22,452 bases of DNA from Candidatus Nanohaloarchaea archaeon (GCA_042218325.1 JBDGRE010000025.1:1-22452), one strand, 5' to 3'; counted from the stretch's first letter, positions 1-8,842 are shown. A program made the numbers and translations. The notes: generated by a model from the letters alone, not told the origin.

Positions 1-2
1 GT

Positions 3-1232
3 GTCAACAATTACCTCGAGAAACCGGTCTGCGGCGACGACCAGAGGGAGTACCTGCTCGAGGAACTTGGAGAGGTGAACAACAGCCGGCTCTACGACGG
101 CGGGTACGGCTGCGCCATATCACGAACCCACTGCGTGGTCCGGGGCGGCGTGGACAGGATAGTGTCGGAGGAAGAGTACCTTGACACCCGGGAGCCTGAC
201 GAAACTGTGGGTAGATTGAAACAGGACAGCGAGATATGCTACTACGACACATCCTTCGCCAGGCAGGGCATCTGGATGGACCAGGATTACGCCCAGCAGA
301 TGTGCAGGAGCAACACTCTCTACGGCTCTGTCGGCGTAAGGTGGTTCAACCAGGACTACATCAAGAACTACCCTGAAGCGGTCAAAGGCGGCGTCGATGA
401 CGACTGGAACCAGTTCCTGTCGGGTAAGGTATCCGGGCTGACCTCCGACCCCGACAAGGACTCCTACAGCTTCAGCTCGGAATCGCCCGTGCCCACTGGC
501 ACAAAGGATACAGACGTCGCAACGCTCGGCTTCTGCGGCGGAGACGACAGGGGAGAGTTCCTCGTGACCCAGCAGTGCAACGCCCGCCAGTGCCAGACCG
601 ATACATCGGTCATCGGGGTCGCGAAGGTTCCTGGCAGCTGCATACTCGACGGCTCCCAGTACCCACAGGTATCGCACAACGAGAGAAGGCTCTACGAGCC
701 CGGCGACAGCGTCACGTTCAGCTTCGGAGCATCGAACCGGGAGATAGCCTGCTTCGACGGGACCTGGTACGGCAACTGGCCTGTAGTGTTTGAACAGGAC
801 AAGATGGAGGTCGGGAAGGGTGAGACACGGAGGATAAGCTTCAAGGTCATCAACGTCGAGGAAAACGCGCAGAGGTACAGGGTCGAACTCGTCGACACCG
901 AGGTAGCCCAGTTCGCCGAGTTCGCCTCGAAGGATGGCAGCAGCTTCACCACCCGTGTCCCGGCACAGTCATCCAAGACTTTCCAGGTGGAGGTCTACGG
1001 GGGCGACACCTCGATAGGTTCCAGCAGCAGCTACGCAGACCTCAGGCTCCAAGCAGAAGCTGTAGACGCCGAGATATCCGGCGAGGACCGGGCAGGCATA
1101 AACATCGTCAAGAACCCACAGACAGGCAAGGGCAAGACCGACACCGGTCCGAAGAACGTGCCCGGCATCGGGCTGCTTCAGCTGCTCGTCATAGCTTTAC
1201 TGTCGACGTTCTTCGTCTTCAGCCAGAGTTAA
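3..1232 (+). CDS. Cys-rich cell-surface protein, C-terminal part (5'-truncated by the window), with PGF-CTERM-like anchor
   Basis: The frame is open from position 3 (VNNYLEKPVCGDDQREY...), so the true start is upstream. It has many Cys, a beta-rich Ig-like segment (ETRRISFKVINV...YRVEL...TFQVEV), a K/T/G linker and a terminal VPGIG plus hydrophobic helix (LLQLLVIALLSTFFVF). Confidence 0.75.
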   Translation, partial: VNNYLEKPVCGDDQREYLLEELGEVNNSRLYDGGYGCAISRTHCVVRGGVDRIVSEEEYLDTREPDETVGRLKQDSEICYYDTSFARQGIWMDQDYAQQMCRSNTLYGSVGVRWFNQDYIKNYPEAVKGGVDDDWNQFLSGKVSGLTSDPDKDSYSFSSESPVPTGTKDTDVATLGFCGGDDRGEFLVTQQCNARQCQTDTSVIGVAKVPGSCILDGSQYPQVSHNERRLYEPGDSVTFSFGASNREIACFDGTWYGNWPVVFEQDKMEVGKGETRRISFKVINVEENAQRYRVELVDTEVAQFAEFASKDGSSFTTRVPAQSSKTFQVEVYGGDTSIGSSSSYADLRLQAEAVDAEISGEDRAGINIVKNPQTGKGKTDTGPKNVPGIGLLQLLVIALLSTFFVFSQS

Positions 1233-1234
1233 AT
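1229..1234 (+). promoter_or_regulatory. Probable TATA box for herA (leaderless or short-leader transcript)
   Basis: TTAAAT overlaps the upstream stop codon, about 25 nt before the ATG at 1258; there is no Shine-Dalgarno. Confidence 0.45.
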
Positions 1235-1257
1235 CCGTTTCCCGGCCATGTCCTGTT

Positions 1258-2709
1258 ATGGAAGGAACCGTGATAGCCCGGCAGGACACACCTACCTCCC
1301 GGGAGTTCTTCTTCGTCCACGACGGCGCCTCGAAGGGGTCGTACGTGGAGTACAGCGACCAGGGCGAGGTCATCGCACGGGTCAGCGAGGTATACAAGGC
1401 AAACGAGTACTTCGAGAACGCGGAGAGCGTCTCCGAGAGCGACGTCCGCGAGAACTTCCCGGTGGACGACTGGGAGGTCAGCATCGCGAAGGCCGAAATC
1501 ATGGGAAAGTTCCAGGACGGCCGGATACAGAGGGTCAACTCCGCGCCGGCGCCAGGCACCGAGCTCGAGAAAGCAGAGCCCTCCCGGGTGAAAGAGTTCC
1601 TCGGCCTCATAGACGGCGGCCTGGAGCTCGGCGAGGTCCAGCAGCAGGACGTAACCGCCTCCTTCGACCTGACCGATACGCTGCAGAAGCACTTCGCGAT
1701 ACTCGCACAGTCGGGAGCCGGAAAATCTTACACCGCCTCCGTGCTGCTGGAGGAACTGCTCGACCGGGAGCACGCGCCCGCGATACTTGCCATCGACCCG
1801 CACGGCGACTACGTCAGCTTCGCGCAGGACGACAACTACATGGCGGAAGTGAAGGTCTTCCGCGACAGGGACATCTCGATAGCCGCGAACAACCTGTCCG
1901 CGGACCACATAGCAGGTTTCTTCACCGGTAACTTCTCCTCCGTCCAGCGCCAGGAACTCAGGCAGGTTTTCAAACGGCTGAACCGTGGCGACAACACGGA
2001 TTTCGGCCTGGAAGACGTTATAGCCCGGGTCGAGGACAAGGAGATGAACGACAAGACCAAGTACTCGCTGCTGCGGAAGCTCAACCAGCTGAAAGGCATG
2101 GGGATCTTCGGCAGGAGCGACGCGCCCAGCGCCCGCGACCTCGAGCCCGGCAAGCTCAACATCATCGACCTCTCGGAAACGATCGACCACCAGAAAAAAC
2201 AGATAATCACGGGCTACTTCGGCAAACGTTTCTTCCACCTCCGCAGGCAGGAACGCGTCCCGCCGTTCCTGATGCTGGTAGAGGAGGCCCACAACTTCGC
2301 ACCGGAGTCCCAGCCGTCGCCTTCGAGGACAGTCATACAGAAGCTGGCGCGGGAGGGACGCAAGTTCCACGCCTCGCTGGGCCTCATATCGCAGCGACCG
2401 GTAAGGCTCTCGACGACCGCTCTGTCCCAGTGCAACACCAAGTTCATCCTCCGCGTCACCAATCCCAACGACCTCGAGCATATCTCGCAGTCGAGCGAGG
2501 GCATCACCTCGGCGGTAAAGAACCAGATACCCGGCCTGAAGACGGGAGAGGCCATAGTTATCGGCGAGGCCGTCAACTACCCGACCTTCATCGACGTCAG
2601 AGAAAGGCGGTCGGAGGAGTCCGAGTCCGGCGAGGGGCTGGAGGACGCGCTCCAGGACTGGCAGGAAGAACAGCAGCAGCGGGAGAAGGACGCCGACGCC
2701 TTCATGTAG
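1258..2709 (+). CDS. herA: HerA-family bipolar DNA helicase/ATPase
   Basis: N-terminal HAS-barrel-like region, Walker A AQSGAGKS, IDPHGDY, Walker B LMLVEEAHNF, arginine finger REGRKF and ISQRP; located next to mre11/rad50. Confidence 0.88.
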   Translation: MEGTVIARQDTPTSREFFFVHDGASKGSYVEYSDQGEVIARVSEVYKANEYFENAESVSESDVRENFPVDDWEVSIAKAEIMGKFQDGRIQRVNSAPAPGTELEKAEPSRVKEFLGLIDGGLELGEVQQQDVTASFDLTDTLQKHFAILAQSGAGKSYTASVLLEELLDREHAPAILAIDPHGDYVSFAQDDNYMAEVKVFRDRDISIAANNLSADHIAGFFTGNFSSVQRQELRQVFKRLNRGDNTDFGLEDVIARVEDKEMNDKTKYSLLRKLNQLKGMGIFGRSDAPSARDLEPGKLNIIDLSETIDHQKKQIITGYFGKRFFHLRRQERVPPFLMLVEEAHNFAPESQPSPSRTVIQKLAREGRKFHASLGLISQRPVRLSTTALSQCNTKFILRVTNPNDLEHISQSSEGITSAVKNQIPGLKTGEAIVIGEAVNYPTFIDVRERRSEESESGEGLEDALQDWQEEQQQREKDADAFM

Positions 2710-3231
2710 CTACTTCATCCCTTCGAGGTCGTTGACAAGCGTGTCGAGCCGGACCTGCCGACCGTTACCCAGGACGAGTTCGTCCCTGACCTTTCCCAGG
2801 TATGCTACCGGGTAGTTCTGGCAAACCTCTCTGAGCGCCCTGTCCTTTTTCTCCTCGGAATTCGAGCCGTTAAGCACTGATAATATACCGTCAGGGTTAT
2901 CCTCGCGGAACATGGAGAACACGTCACCGGCCCTTTCCCCGCTTGTATCCACGAATTCCTCCGGTTGACAGTAGATGGATTCCAGGGATTCGCGGTAGGC
3001 GTCGTTCTGGTATACAACTATAACCTCGTCCAGCCCGAGGTTTTCCTGCGCCCGGCGGAAATCTTCAAAGTCCCTGCTTGGGGACATGGACCGGTGTACC
3101 TCTGTATCCGGGAAGAAGAACTGTGCCTGCCCGATAGCCTTCAAGAGTTCATCATCGTTGACGTAGACGTAGTCCGGCTCTCCTGACCGGTCCTCGAAAT
3201 AGACCCGCTGTCCGCCGAAATCGGTCTTCAC
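2710..3231 (-). CDS. Hypothetical protein (173 aa), translationally coupled to rad50
   Basis: The GTG start overlaps the rad50 stop (GTGA) and has GAGGT upstream. The product is acidic like the rest of the proteome; no family recognised. Confidence 0.65.
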   Translation of the reverse strand: MKTDFGGQRVYFEDRSGEPDYVYVNDDELLKAIGQAQFFFPDTEVHRSMSPSRDFEDFRRAQENLGLDEVIVVYQNDAYRESLESIYCQPEEFVDTSGERAGDVFSMFREDNPDGILSVLNGSNSEEKKDRALREVCQNYPVAYLGKVRDELVLGNGRQVRLDTLVNDLEGMK

Positions 3232-5492
3232 CTTACCTCTTCCACCTTCGTCAGCCCGGTCTCGGTGTTTTTCTTCTCGAACTGATAGAGTTTCCCGGTC
3301 GCCGCGGATTCCAGCGCGGGGTCGTGGGTGACGACAAAAAGCTGGTCGATAAGCTCCGAGGTCCTGTCCCGCAAAGTCTCCGCGAGCTCTTCGACCGCGC
3401 TGCTGTCGAGGTTGTGGGTCGGTTCGTCGAGTATCAGCAGCTGGAGCTTCGGTGAAAGCGCGAAAGTCAGCGCCAGCCGCATCACCAGGGCCGCGGAGTG
3501 GCGTTCTCCGCCCGAGACCTCTGCCTCGGCCGATATCCAGCTGTTGTCCGCATCGAGCAGCTGGAGCAGGTAGCCCTCTTCCGCGTTCAGCCGGATGGAG
3601 TAGTAGTCGTCGTACGGGTAGACCTGGCTCCAGATATCCTCCATCAGCTGGTTCAGCCGCTGCACGAAACGTTCCCGCAGCGTCACCTGCGTATCCTCCA
3701 GCGCGACCTTGTAGTCGTGCACGAAGTCCAGCAGCCGGTCGGTGCGGTCCAGTTCTTGCTCCAGTTCCTCCAGCTTCTGCTGGCGCTGCTCCAGCTGTTC
3801 CAGCCTCTTCTGCTTCTCCTCCAGAAGCTCCTCGCGTGACTCCAGAGTGTTCTTCTTCACCGACAGCTTCTCACGGGCTTCCGACACCTGGTCGCGGAGC
3901 TCCTCCAGTCTATCGCTATCGAACTCTATCTCGTCCAGTTTTTGCTCCACGGCCTCCAGCTTCTCCTGCCTGTCCTGCTTCTCCTCTTCCAGCTCCCGGG
4001 CCTCGACAGCCTCCTTCATCCGTTCCTTTTTCTCCTCCAGGCCCTCGACCTGTTTCTGCTCCAGCTCTTCCTCGAGTTCCTCGTGCTCCTGTTCCAGCTC
4101 TTCACGCCTTTCCCGCACCTCTTCCAGCTCATGTTCCCGGTCCTCCAGCTCTTCGCCGGCGTTCTGGTACTGCATCAGCCGGTCCCTCTTCTCCTCGAGC
4201 TCGTCCTGCTCATCCTTTTTCTGTTCCAGCTCCTGCCGCAGCTGCTTCTCCTGCGATTCGAGTTTCTCTATCTCCTCTTTTCTCTCCTTTACGAGCTGCT
4301 GGCGGTGCTCACTGTCCATCTTCTGGCCGCAGGTCGGGCATTCTCCGTCAAGCTCCTCCAGTTTCTCCAGGCTCTCCTCCAGCTCCTTTCTGCGGGTGTG
4401 TATCTCGGTACCCTGCTGCTTGACGTCCTCCGACCGCTGCTCCAGCTCCTCCAGCTTCTCTTCCACTTCTTCCAGCCGCTCGTACTTCTCCACGTTCTGC
4501 TCCAGCTGTTCTATCTCGTCTTCAAGTTCGTTCTCTTTCTCCCCGGCCCGGTCCAGTTTATGCTCCAGCCGCTCGATCCTGTCCTCGAGTTGCTCTATCT
4601 CTTCCTCCAGTTCCTCCAGTTCCTCCAGCTGTTTCTCCGGGTCATCCGGCATCTCGAGGCCCTCAAGCTTCTGCTCCAGCCGCTCGACCAGCGACTCGAG
4701 ACGTGTCTCCAGCCTCGTCTTTTTCTCCTCCAGCTGCTCCGCTTCTTCCTTCTTATCCTCAAGCTCCTCGAACTCATGTTCCAGCTCTTCCTTCCTCTGC
4801 TCCAGCTGCTCTATCTCTTCCTCCAGGTCTTCCTGCTGCTGTTCCAGCTCTTCAACCTCTTCTTCCAGCTGCTCTACCTCGCCCTCGTCAAGTTCTTCTT
4901 CAAGCTCGTCGAGCTCGTCCTGTTTCGCGTCCAGCCGATCCTTCAGCCGGTTCTCCACATTCACCACAGTCTTCCGGGCGTCCTCGAACCTGTCCAGCTT
5001 CAGCAGCTCGTCGACCTTCTCCTTCCGTTCGCCGGGCGTCATCTCCATGAACACGTCGAGATGGTTCTGTCTTGAATAAACGGCGCGGGTGAACGAGTCG
5101 AAATCCATGCCCAGCAGCTTCTCCACCTGCTCGGTCACCTCCTGCGTCGAGGGCGCCTCGATCAACTCCCCGGATTTCCTGAGTTCGCTCCTTTTGGTTC
5201 CCCCGTCGCGGACGATGTTTCTCTCCACCGTGTACTCCTCTCCGTCGAGCGTGAGCCACACCTCGACCCTGGCTTCCTCCTCCTTCGACGGGGAGCGGCG
5301 TATGACGTCATCGAGCGTGACCTCTCGCGAGTTCAGCGCCGGCGTGGTGCCGTAGAGGGCAAAGGTTATGGCCTCAAGCACGCTCGATTTCCCGGAGCCC
5401 ATCGTACCTATCAGCGCGTTTACTCCTGACGAGAACTCGATCGAGGTCTCGTGGTGCGACTTCCAGTTCTCCAGCTCGACCTTCTCAATCAT
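3228..5492 (-). CDS. rad50: DNA double-strand break repair ATPase Rad50
   Basis: Walker A GTMGSGKSS, Q-loop, long acidic coiled coils with a central zinc hook CPTCG, signature VSGGE, Walker B/D-loop LLILDEPTHNLD and H-loop VVTHD. Confidence 0.95.
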   Translation of the reverse strand: MIEKVELENWKSHHETSIEFSSGVNALIGTMGSGKSSVLEAITFALYGTTPALNSREVTLDDVIRRSPSKEEEARVEVWLTLDGEEYTVERNIVRDGGTKRSELRKSGELIEAPSTQEVTEQVEKLLGMDFDSFTRAVYSRQNHLDVFMEMTPGERKEKVDELLKLDRFEDARKTVVNVENRLKDRLDAKQDELDELEEELDEGEVEQLEEEVEELEQQQEDLEEEIEQLEQRKEELEHEFEELEDKKEEAEQLEEKKTRLETRLESLVERLEQKLEGLEMPDDPEKQLEELEELEEEIEQLEDRIERLEHKLDRAGEKENELEDEIEQLEQNVEKYERLEEVEEKLEELEQRSEDVKQQGTEIHTRRKELEESLEKLEELDGECPTCGQKMDSEHRQQLVKERKEEIEKLESQEKQLRQELEQKKDEQDELEEKRDRLMQYQNAGEELEDREHELEEVRERREELEQEHEELEEELEQKQVEGLEEKKERMKEAVEARELEEEKQDRQEKLEAVEQKLDEIEFDSDRLEELRDQVSEAREKLSVKKNTLESREELLEEKQKRLEQLEQRQQKLEELEQELDRTDRLLDFVHDYKVALEDTQVTLRERFVQRLNQLMEDIWSQVYPYDDYYSIRLNAEEGYLLQLLDADNSWISAEAEVSGGERHSAALVMRLALTFALSPKLQLLILDEPTHNLDSSAVEELAETLRDRTSELIDQLFVVTHDPALESAATGKLYQFEKKNTETGLTKVEEVR

Positions 5493-6657
5493 CTATCTCG
5501 ACCTCGTCCAGCAGGTCGACCGCCTCATCCGCGTCTCCCTCCTCCAGCAGCTCGAAGAACTGGTCCCGGTCGACCTCCACATCCGTGTCGATTTTCTCCC
5601 GGAGGATATCTTTGCCCTCCTCCACTGCGTCGACGTCCTTGATATCCGTGTTTTCCGTGTCATGGTCGCCTGATAGCGACGAGTTGATGTTGAGGAACAT
5701 GGAGCCCCGGAAGAGCTGCTTCAGCTCCCGGGGGTTGACCCTTCCCGGGGTCTCCCCCGTTATCTTCAGGTTCACCAGCGGTTTTTCATCCGCGTCGGCG
5801 ACCTCCTGCAGCTCCTGCCGGGCCTTCTCCTTGATATCGCTCCACGGCTCTCCCGAGACCTCCAGCTCGATGTAGTGCACCTCCCGCGGCTTCTCCAGCG
5901 GCACGAACTCCAGCTCGTCTTCCCGTGTGTCGAGCCGCAGGAAGCCCTTGTCCTTCTCGGCCTCGACCTTCCGCATCTGCGTCGTGACCGTGGAGCCAGG
6001 CAGCACCAGCGGTTTATCCTCGTCTTCCCTGAACCTGTCCAGGTTGTACCAGTGGATGTGGCCGTTGACGATCAGGTCGAAACCTTCAGGCAGATCCTCC
6101 AGCGCGAGGTAGTCCTCGTCGCCCGGCGTATAGACGAAGCCCTCGATGGACTGGTGCAGCACCAGTATGTTGAACGCCCCGTCGACCGGCTCCGGGGAGA
6201 ACTTCCTCATCACTTCTTTCGCGTACTCCTCGGGTACCCCTGACATGCCGTGGACCGCGACTTTCTCCCCGTCTTTCTCGAACTCCACCTTCTCGTTGTG
6301 GAGGTGGTAGAGGTGTCCCATGTTCGACATCAGCTCGATGGGATTGGTGTAGCTGCTGGGACGTCTCTCGTGCGTGCCGTGTATCGTTACCACGGGTATT
6401 CCGTCTCCGTGCATCCCGAGATTTTTATCCGCCTCGACAGTCCGCTCACCTTCCATCGCCACAGAGAGAACGTCGGCCGCGCGGTCCAGCACCTCCTGCT
6501 TCGGTATCTTCCGGTCGAATATGTCGCCCGGCAGGATTATGAGGTCGGCGTCGAGGGAACGCTCGAAGGCCTCCTCCGCGTTCCTGAACGCGTCCTCTCC
6601 CCGCTCCTCTCCCCAATTGTAACCGAAATGTGTGTCGCTGATTATGGATACCTTCAT
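5485..6657 (-). CDS. mre11: DNA double-strand break repair nuclease Mre11
   Basis: Phosphoesterase motifs SDTHFG, GDIFD, HGTHE, LHQ and GHIH; overlaps the rad50 start by 8 nt. Confidence 0.93.
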   Translation of the reverse strand: MKVSIISDTHFGYNWGEERGEDAFRNAEEAFERSLDADLIILPGDIFDRKIPKQEVLDRAADVLSVAMEGERTVEADKNLGMHGDGIPVVTIHGTHERRPSSYTNPIELMSNMGHLYHLHNEKVEFEKDGEKVAVHGMSGVPEEYAKEVMRKFSPEPVDGAFNILVLHQSIEGFVYTPGDEDYLALEDLPEGFDLIVNGHIHWYNLDRFREDEDKPLVLPGSTVTTQMRKVEAEKDKGFLRLDTREDELEFVPLEKPREVHYIELEVSGEPWSDIKEKARQELQEVADADEKPLVNLKITGETPGRVNPRELKQLFRGSMFLNINSSLSGDHDTENTDIKDVDAVEEGKDILREKIDTDVEVDRDQFFELLEEGDADEAVDLLDEVEIDD

Positions 6658-6690
6658 CTATCAAAACGCGGGCGATGAAATCTTTTATCG

Positions 6691-7251
6691 CTACTCCAGG
6701 GAGGTGCCGTTGCTCAACCTCTGCGCGGCCCTCGGGCTCCTGTCCGGCAGCACATACGCGTCCTCGAACTTCACAAGTATGGACTTCACACGGTAGAAGT
6801 TCTCTGCCTCTTCCACCTTCCTGTCGAAGATGAACGCGGGCACGTACTTGATGTTGTACTTCTGTATGAGCTCCTGGCCGCGTTCGCTACGGTAGTCCAC
6901 CTCGTTGTATCTCGTGTTGAAGATGCGGTCGGACGCGGTCCGGAACTTCTCGTAGGTGCAGTTGTCGCACGTCACCACCGTTATGGGGACTTTCGTCCGG
7001 TGGTCAAGCGAGTCCCAGTAGAGATAGCCCGAGAAACCGGAGGAAGCTACCAGGATACCCAGCAGCAGGCCGATGGCGAACGACCGGTTGAGATGCGCCG
7101 AGATCCGGTCACGTACCTTCCCGAGGTCGATCTCGAACTCCTCGCCCGGCTCCACGCTGCCGGAGTGCTCCATCTCGATGTGCTCCTGGAAGGTCTCCCG
7201 GGAGCCGAAATGCTTGCCGCACTCCGGGCAGCGGTGCTGCTCCACGTCCAT
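6691..7251 (-). CDS. C2H2 zinc finger + single TM helix + CxxC thioredoxin-like domain protein
   Basis: CPECGKHFGSRETFQEHIEMEH (C2H2), hydrophobic FAIGLLLGILVASSGFSGYLYW, then VVTCDNC and QELIQKYNIKYVPAFIF (thioredoxin-like cis-Pro region). Confidence 0.75.
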   Translation of the reverse strand: MDVEQHRCPECGKHFGSRETFQEHIEMEHSGSVEPGEEFEIDLGKVRDRISAHLNRSFAIGLLLGILVASSGFSGYLYWDSLDHRTKVPITVVTCDNCTYEKFRTASDRIFNTRYNEVDYRSERGQELIQKYNIKYVPAFIFDRKVEEAENFYRVKSILVKFEDAYVLPDRSPRAAQRLSNGTSLE

Positions 7252-7271
7252 AACCAGAAAATAGCGGCGAC

Positions 7272-7345
7272 GGGTTAAAAAGGTGCCCGGCAGCCTCCAG
7301 CCTCTCAGTCAACCGGCAGCGGGACCGGGAAAGCTTGAAATAACT
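7272..7345. promoter_or_regulatory. Divergent promoter region
   Basis: Minus strand TTTTTAAC about 25 nt before the ATG at 7251; plus strand GAAAGCTTGAAATA (BRE/TATA-like) about 25 nt before the ATG at 7367. Confidence 0.5.
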
Positions 7346-7366
7346 GGCGACTCGCTACTCATCTTT

Positions 7367-8842
7367 ATGGGCCAGCAACTCGGAGTTACGGCGGACAAGC
7401 AGAAGAACCCCTCGGAATGGTACACCCAGGTCGTCAAGAAGGCGGACCTTGCTGACTACGCACCTGTCAAGGGATGCATGGTGATCAAGCCGTACGGCAT
7501 GAAGCTCTGGGAATCCATCAAGCAGGAGTTCGACCAGAAGATACAGGACACCGGCGTCGACAACGCCTACTTCCCTCTGATGATACCGGAGAGATATCTT
7601 GAGAAAGAGGCCGACATCGTAGAAGGGTTCGCACCTGAGGTAGCATGGGTGACCCACGGAGGCGATGAAGAACTGGAGGACCGGCTCGCGATCAGGCCGA
7701 CCTCGGAATCCATAATATCCGAGTTCATGGCAAAATGGGTGCGCTCCCACCGCGACCTGCCACTGAGGCTCAACCAGTGGGCGAACGTCGTCCGCTGGGA
7801 GGCAACAGACACGAAGCCCTTCTTCCGCACCCGCGAGTTCCTCTGGCAGGAAGGCCACACGGCCCATGCCACGAAGGAGTCCGCGGACGAGGAGGTCATG
7901 CTGAGGCTGGAGCAGTACCAGGAGGTCGTCGAGGAGCATCTCGCGATACCTTCGCTGCTCGGCTACAAGCCGGAGCACGACAAGTTCCCCGGTGCGTATT
8001 ATACTACAACCATAGAGACGCTGATGCCCGACGGCAAGTCGCTGCAGTCCGGTACTTCCCACAACCTCGGCCAGGACTTCGCGGAGGCGTGCGACATCAC
8101 TTTCGAGGACGAGAACGCCGAGGAACGCCTATGCTGGACCACGAGCTGGGGTCTCTCCACACGCACAATCGGCGGCCTGATAATGGCCCACGGTGACGAC
8201 GATGGCCTGAGACTGCCGCCGTCGATAGCCCCGGTACAGGTAGCGGTAGTCCCGATTTACCAGGAGGACAACCGCGTAGAGGTCATCGAATACGCATCAG
8301 GAGTCGCGGAGGAACTTGAGGACGCGGGGATACGCGTGGAGTTCGATGACCGCGACCACCAGACGCCGGGCTACAAGTTCAACGAGTGGGAGCTGAAGGG
8401 CGTACCGCTCCGGCTCGAGATAGGCCCGAACGAGATAAAAGGCCGGGAGGTAACCGCGGTACGGAGGGATAACGGCGACCAGGAGGTCCTCGACCTCGAA
8501 GAAGTGAAGGAGAGGACAGGAGAGCTACTCGACGACGTACAGGAATCGCTTTACCAGGAGCTGGAGGACTACCTCGAGGAGAACATCCGCGAAGCGGAGT
8601 CGAAACAGGAGATACTCGGCACCATCGGAAAGAACAGGGGCTACGTCAAGGCCCGATGGTGCGGCGAAGAGCGGTGCGAGGAAGAGGTCAAGGACGAGGT
8701 CGCGGCGGAGATAGTTATCCTGCCGTTTCGCGAGGACTCTGAACCTGGCACGTTACAGGACGGAGAGGACTACATAGAAGGAAAGTGCGCGGTCTGCGGC
8801 GAAGACGCGAAGCGCTGGGCCTACTTTGCGAAAAATTACTGA
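7367..8842 (+). CDS. proS: Proline--tRNA ligase (archaeal/eukaryotic type)
   Basis: AIRPTSE, QWANVVRWE, FFRTREFLWQEGHT, QSGTSHNLG, TTSWGLSTR, anticodon domain WELKGVPLRLEIGP, C-terminal Zn motif and terminal YFAKNY. The start is moved to the ATG at 7367 (MGQQLG), just after a TATA-like box. Confidence 0.97.
   Translation: MGQQLGVTADKQKNPSEWYTQVVKKADLADYAPVKGCMVIKPYGMKLWESIKQEFDQKIQDTGVDNAYFPLMIPERYLEKEADIVEGFAPEVAWVTHGGDEELEDRLAIRPTSESIISEFMAKWVRSHRDLPLRLNQWANVVRWEATDTKPFFRTREFLWQEGHTAHATKESADEEVMLRLEQYQEVVEEHLAIPSLLGYKPEHDKFPGAYYTTTIETLMPDGKSLQSGTSHNLGQDFAEACDITFEDENAEERLCWTTSWGLSTRTIGGLIMAHGDDDGLRLPPSIAPVQVAVVPIYQEDNRVEVIEYASGVAEELEDAGIRVEFDDRDHQTPGYKFNEWELKGVPLRLEIGPNEIKGREVTAVRRDNGDQEVLDLEEVKERTGELLDDVQESLYQELEDYLEENIREAESKQEILGTIGKNRGYVKARWCGEERCEEEVKDEVAAEIVILPFREDSEPGTLQDGEDYIEGKCAVCGEDAKRWAYFAKNY

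Noticed and set aside
1258-3231. HerA plus neighbour as an anti-phage system (Sir2-HerA or DUF4297-HerA type)
   Set aside because: The neighbour is convergent and has no Sir2 or nuclease motifs; the mre11/rad50 context favours repair-type HerA.
3760-4930. Repetitive CTCCAG/CTCCTC-rich DNA resembling a tandem repeat or array
   Set aside because: It is explained by Leu-Glu-Glu heptads of Rad50; there is no fixed repeat-spacer period, so it is not CRISPR.
3452-5079. Long plus-strand Ser-, Leu- or Pro-rich ORFs (323, 445 and 377 aa)
   Set aside because: They are antisense shadows of the GAG/CTG-rich rad50 coiled coil and have no independent coding signal.
7283-7366. N-terminal extension of ProRS in the ORF track
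   Set aside because: It spans the promoter region; the ATG at 7367 fits the TATA spacing and the start of homology.
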